The notes beneath the pieces were generated by a model that saw nothing but the letters and a program-made list of their open reading frames with translations, had not been told where the DNA came from and made no database searches. Positions 59,762 through 64,000 of a DNA stretch of 64,000 bases are shown piece after piece. The translations under genes were made by a program, and so were the position numbers. Positions within the stretch are counted from its first letter, which is position 1. Each line of letters begins with the position of its first letter. This stretch comes from a virus. Location: IMG/VR virus record IMGVR_UViG_3300046171_000298, positions 3,209 through 67,208 of that record; one strand, written 5' to 3'.

Positions 59762-60289
59762 CTAAGCCAGTTGGGTCAATTGACAAATATTCACTTCGCT
59801 GACCTGGAATAATCCATGCTGTGCAAGTACTTGATTAATGAGTTGGGATTCTTGCTCTTCTGACAGCTTTTCCCAAGGTGTTTGACCTTTACCGCCAGTA
59901 ACTAAATCTTTACCCTTAAGCACTTGATCAGCAGCCATTTGACCCACCATATCGCCACCAAAACCTCCGACCATTTCACTAACCATATTCGGCTTCATAC
60001 CTAAGAATTTGCCGGCAGCTCCGGTTGTAGCAATGCCGCCTAAACCGCCACCGAGAGCGGAACCAGCGCCGACAACTAATTTATCAGTTAAATCGCCGGG
60101 AGTCATTGCACCCGCTAATCCACCAAAAAGAATGTCAGGTGCCAAGCGTCCTGCTGTTGTCCCTAAATCAAATTTACCTGCAGAATCGACAATTCCAGCT
60201 GGTTTTAAAAATTCCCTGACACCTTTGCTGCCAGCAAACTTTGATACTCCTCTCAAAGCTGGGCCGAGTTTAGTTATGAGTCCTAACAT
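59762..60289 (-). CDS. Gly-zipper putative internal virion protein
   Basis: GGAGG RBS; multiple GxxxG. Confidence 0.6.
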   Translation of the reverse strand: MLGLITKLGPALRGVSKFAGSKGVREFLKPAGIVDSAGKFDLGTTAGRLAPDILFGGLAGAMTPGDLTDKLVVGAGSALGGGLGGIATTGAAGKFLGMKPNMVSEMVGGFGGDMVGQMAADQVLKGKDLVTGGKGQTPWEKLSEEQESQLINQVLAQHGLFQVSEVNICQLTQLA

Positions 60290-60291
60290 GA

Positions 60292-60663
60292 TTATGCCTC
60301 CGTTTGCTGCTCTTGAGTTGCTGGTGCAGCGTCTGCTACCTCAATTGTATTAGGTTGCTCAGCTCTACCTGATTCTTGAGCATATTGCGCACCTCTTTGT
60401 GTCTCCACTTCTTTTTGCAACTTTGTGCGATTAAAATCAGCACCTTCATTGCAGTTGCTGAACATACCCATCCACTCATCTACTGTTCCTGCATTAGCGC
60501 CGCAGTAATCTTTAAAATGTGTACCCGCAAAACGTTGCTTTGATTGATAATCTAGTGGGATAACTGATTTATGTTCGGATACTCCACCAGTTGTTGGGAA
60601 GAATGAAGTTTTCTCCCTTTCATTTGCTAATTTATATGCTTCCCTTAGCTGTTCGCTATTCAT
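60292..60663 (-). CDS. Hypothetical protein
   Basis: GGAGG RBS before ATG at 60663 (MNSEQL). Confidence 0.6.
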   Translation of the reverse strand: MNSEQLREAYKLANEREKTSFFPTTGGVSEHKSVIPLDYQSKQRFAGTHFKDYCGANAGTVDEWMGMFSNCNEGADFNRTKLQKEVETQRGAQYAQESGRAEQPNTIEVADAAPATQEQQTEA

Positions 60664-60664
60664 A

Positions 60665-62561
60665 TCAACCTCCAATACGTACGCGGTAAGGAGCAATGGC
60701 TCTTTCCTTCTCTAATCGTATTCTATTGTCTCTATTAGCTCTTTCTTGGGTCAATGCAGCTTTAACGACTTTCTGACGCAGATCTCTTCATCAACAGGAT
60801 CAGGCTTCATTGGTAATTCCACTTGTTACGCTTACGATTGCCTTTTTTATCTGTAACTCTATTAATAGCGTTTTGCTCTTCTTTTTCACGCATTACTCTC
60901 TCAATTCCCTCCATTGATGTTTCGCCTGTCTTGTTGTAACGGTAAATCTTGGAGCTTCACCTTCAACTTGACCAATAAATGGCTTTTGAGCATCTGCACC
61001 TCAAGCCCTCTAAATGCAGTCACAATATCCTGCCCATCAATCTGCTGTCCTGGATTGATACGCGCAACACTTGCATATCCTTCAGTTGGATTAATTGCTT
61101 CAGGTGCTTGGAAGATTAACTTTGCTTGACTTGCATCTTTAGGTCCAGCAAGAGTAGCTCTTTGTACATATGCTTGCATTTTGGGAGAAGGTGCACCCTT
61201 ACGGACTGAAGCTTCTAGTTGCAACATGGCATTTGCAAGTTGAGCTTTCTCAGCAGGTGTATATCTCATTTTATTGAGCATTGCATCAACACCAGGCTCT
61301 TGCGCAAGACTGCTCTTCATTGAAGTTTTGCCACTAACTGGATCAGTGACTAATTCTTTGTTGTACAGCTTTGCTCCTTTAGCCTGTAAAGCATCTAACC
61401 CCATATCGCTTGCAGCTTGTAGCTCTGACAGGCTTCTGATATCTGAAGGAACGGCTGTACCACCTAATGCAGGGGCAATATGCTTTTGATATCGCTCTCC
61501 AAATAGTTGACCAGCACCTGTAATATCAACTTGCGGGAAATTACCAAACATTCTCCCACCCTCACTCAGGCCAGGCTTATTTGCGTCAGCCCAATCAATG
61601 GTTGAACGGGGATTGACTGGTGCATTTAATGCCTGAGCTACGTCTGGAGAATTTGATGGATCTGCAAAGTTTGGATCACTTAACGGGGCTTGAGTGTAAG
61701 GGTCCACATAAGTGTATGGCTCGCCTCCACCACTTGCTGCTTGCAATAAAGGATCATATGTCATCTGTTCAGCAACTGGAGCCATATGACGCATATACAT
61801 AGCGTCTGTCATCCGGTCAGATGCGTCATAGTTACCAGAGCGCACGAGATTTTCTGCTTCAATCAGTGCTTTCACATCGTTATATCCTTTCTTGCGTTTA
61901 CTACTAGCAGATCTGTCTGTATCTGCCATTCTTGCTACAGCTCTACGTGAGGATGCACGTTCTGCTCTTGCATCTGTTGCAGTATCAGAGAATCTCCTAC
62001 CTTGACGTACTGTTGTTGGACGCTCAACACGATAGTTCTCTAATTCACCTGCTAATGCATCATAATATTCTGGATCAACTCCAGTTTTAAGCACAGGCTG
62101 CCCAAATTCGTAGGCAACTTGCTCTTTAAATCCTGTTTTTGCAGTAGGCTCATCAAATTCAACCAATGAATTCATTTCATCGATGATTTTGTTGCGCTGT
62201 TGGTCGCTATATTGCGTATCTCCTTCTTGGTAATCGTAGAATTCACCTTGATCTTCGCCAAATGGGTCAACTTCAGGTAAATCAAGTAATCTTGTCCCTT
62301 TGATTCTCCATCACCCGCTAATACGTCCGCATTCTGCGCTAAAACAGCTAAAGCTTCGTCTTTTGACTTGCCGTCTTTTATTAATTTAGTAAATATCGTT
62401 GCACCTACTTCGTCTTTGTAGCCTAAATCGCGAATTTTCGCGGCAACATCCGCACCTTCAAGCAAATCAAGCGTGACTTGGCTGGGATTATTACTTGGAG
62501 ATGCGTTTGCAAAATACGTATTGCCAGAATTGTCTGCAATTTGGTAATCTTCTAAGGCCAC
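60665..62561 (-). CDS. Large hypothetical virion-associated protein, frameshifted
   Basis: ORFs 62172..62561 and 60901..62175 plus coding-like tail to TGA at 60665. Confidence 0.5.
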
Positions 62562-62921
62562 TATCTTTTTCTGTAAACCTACTTTTTATTCTACTAACTT
62601 CAATTTGCACGTTTTTGCAGTTCAGCTTTTATTGCAGCGTCTGCTTGACTGTTTTTTGGGGACAGTTTGCATCGGCTGTGCGGTTTGTGCTGGCTTTTGT
62701 GGCGGTACAGCAGTATTTTCTGGCGCAGGTTTTGGCTCACTAGGCTTATCTTTTGGCTTATTGTCGTATACATCTTTTAAAGCACTGGCATAACCAGGAA
62801 TGACAACACCACTCATCAAGTGTTCTACTCCAGTGATAGCCTAAACCGTGCTTTTTACGGCAGTACTCATCCTTTACGCGCTTCTCTTTTGATTTCTGAC
62901 TGATGCTTTTTTCCATTGTTT

Positions 62922-63179
62922 TTAAGCATATACACCTTGATCAATATTTCCACCGCTTAAAACAAAACTATCTGGATCTGCATCTTCTGCATCACCTGCA
63001 TAAACACCGCAGTCAATGCCGTAAGTAGAGATTACACCAGATACATTTTCAATTGCAATAGATTTCTCGATATCTTCCCATTTTACAGTCCTCGTTTTAC
63101 CTGTTTCATCATCAGTGATGATAAACAAGTCATCAGCGGTTACTTCTCCAAGCCGAATTATTTCACTAAGCTTTGCCAT
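62922..63179 (-). CDS. Small acidic protein with fibre-like N-terminal module
   Basis: KLSE......ADDLFII.D..TGKTRTVKW pattern; TAGAAT upstream. Confidence 0.55.
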   Translation of the reverse strand: MAKLSEIIRLGEVTADDLFIITDDETGKTRTVKWEDIEKSIAIENVSGVISTYGIDCGVYAGDAEDADPDSFVLSGGNIDQGVYA

Positions 63180-63589
63180 TGAATTAGCAGGTCATATCTT
63201 TTTATTCTAGTTAATTTCCTCCCTCGTTACGGTCGTTACGCTCGTCGCACTGTAACCTATACCTCTTTAGAAAAAAGTCTTAGTAGAGAGAAGAAGGAGC
63301 TCAGGTATTTACGCAGAAGGTTTATAGAAGTCGGTGCAACGGCTGTAACGAGTAACGACTCTAAAAACACGCACTGCATACATCGAGCGGTGATTATTAA
63401 TAACTATGAACACAGCCTAAAAATGTAGTGACGTCAAATCACTGCTTATAATCACATCACTGCAAAGAAGAAATCGCTATACGAGTCGCAAAAATGCTAC
63501 AAATTTTTGACACGTCTAATTACCCTTGACACCGCTTTGCCGGTGGAACAAAAAAAATAAACTACAGCTATCACGATAGTTAACAGCCA

Positions 63590-63960
63590 CTCAACTCACG
63601 TTGCTAACGCACGTTCGTTTCGGAAGATGTTCACTCGCTATTGCTCGTTCACTTCTGTTGAGTACACTCGTTAACACTCGTGATTAACTCGCGTTGTAAC
63701 GCTCGTTTAACTGAAGTGATTCGCTCATGAACGCTTCGCGTTCGAGCTCATTTGTTTGCCGTTCGTTTAACTCAAGTGAGTAACGTTCGCATTCGCTCAC
63801 GTTTCACTTTCGTTTAACTCACGTTGATTCGCCGCAACTAACAGAAGTTCACTTATATGTTTACATTAATACACTTTCTAATTACATTTGTAAACGTGTG
63901 TAACTTCTGTTCTGTGTTGCGGCTTCGAATGTAATCACATACGTTTAACTAACATTATGT
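63590..63960. repeat. Non-coding region with short degenerate direct repeats
   Basis: CGTTTAACT at 63704, 63764, 63811, 63942; GTTCACT three times; no ORF. Confidence 0.6.
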
Positions 63961-64000
63961 CTGTTAAATCGCTTGTATACTACATTCGTTTATATCTCAT

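Noticed and set aside
63590-63960. CRISPR-like mini-array
   Set aside because: Repeats are short (9-17 bp), degenerate and irregularly spaced
1-64000. Alternative genetic code or suppressor tRNA
   Set aside because: Genes end normally at TAA/TAG/TGA; the tRNA anticodon TGA reads Ser TCA codons and is not a suppressor

Overview
Contiguous 64 kb of a marine cyanophage genome (picocyanobacterial host, probably Synechococcus; overall gene set reminiscent of S-EIV1-like phages). No host chromosome is visible. Left part (1-16.4 kb, mostly + strand): MazG-like pyrophosphatase, minimal cyanophage RNR alpha plus ferritin-like beta, ThyX, SSBs, exonuclease, primase/VapE helicase, split PolA, PTOX and a porin-like protein. 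Middle: NblA-like protein, tRNA-Ser(UGA), tyrosine integrase with a tRNA-Ser 3'-end attP candidate, and GH19 endolysin. Right part (21-63 kb, mostly - strand): tail fibres, major capsid, RpoD-like sigma factor, metalloprotease, scaffold-like protein, portal, terminase and many putative internal virion proteins, then a repeat-rich non-coding end. Many essential genes carry 1-nt frameshifts, most likely long-read errors. Most notable: (i) a nitrogen-sensing module (palindromic NtcA box on the -10 element, glutamine riboswitch, DUF4278-like gene); (ii) a recurring R-F-A-G peptide in otherwise unrelated putative virion proteins; (iii) NblA-like gene overlapping an HNH gene; (iv) DNA-level repeats in tail fibres; (v) a stop-codon readthrough candidate; (vi) a 488-nt portal/scaffold overlap; (vii) two apparent pseudoenzymes. 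All family assignments are from motif recognition, not database searches.
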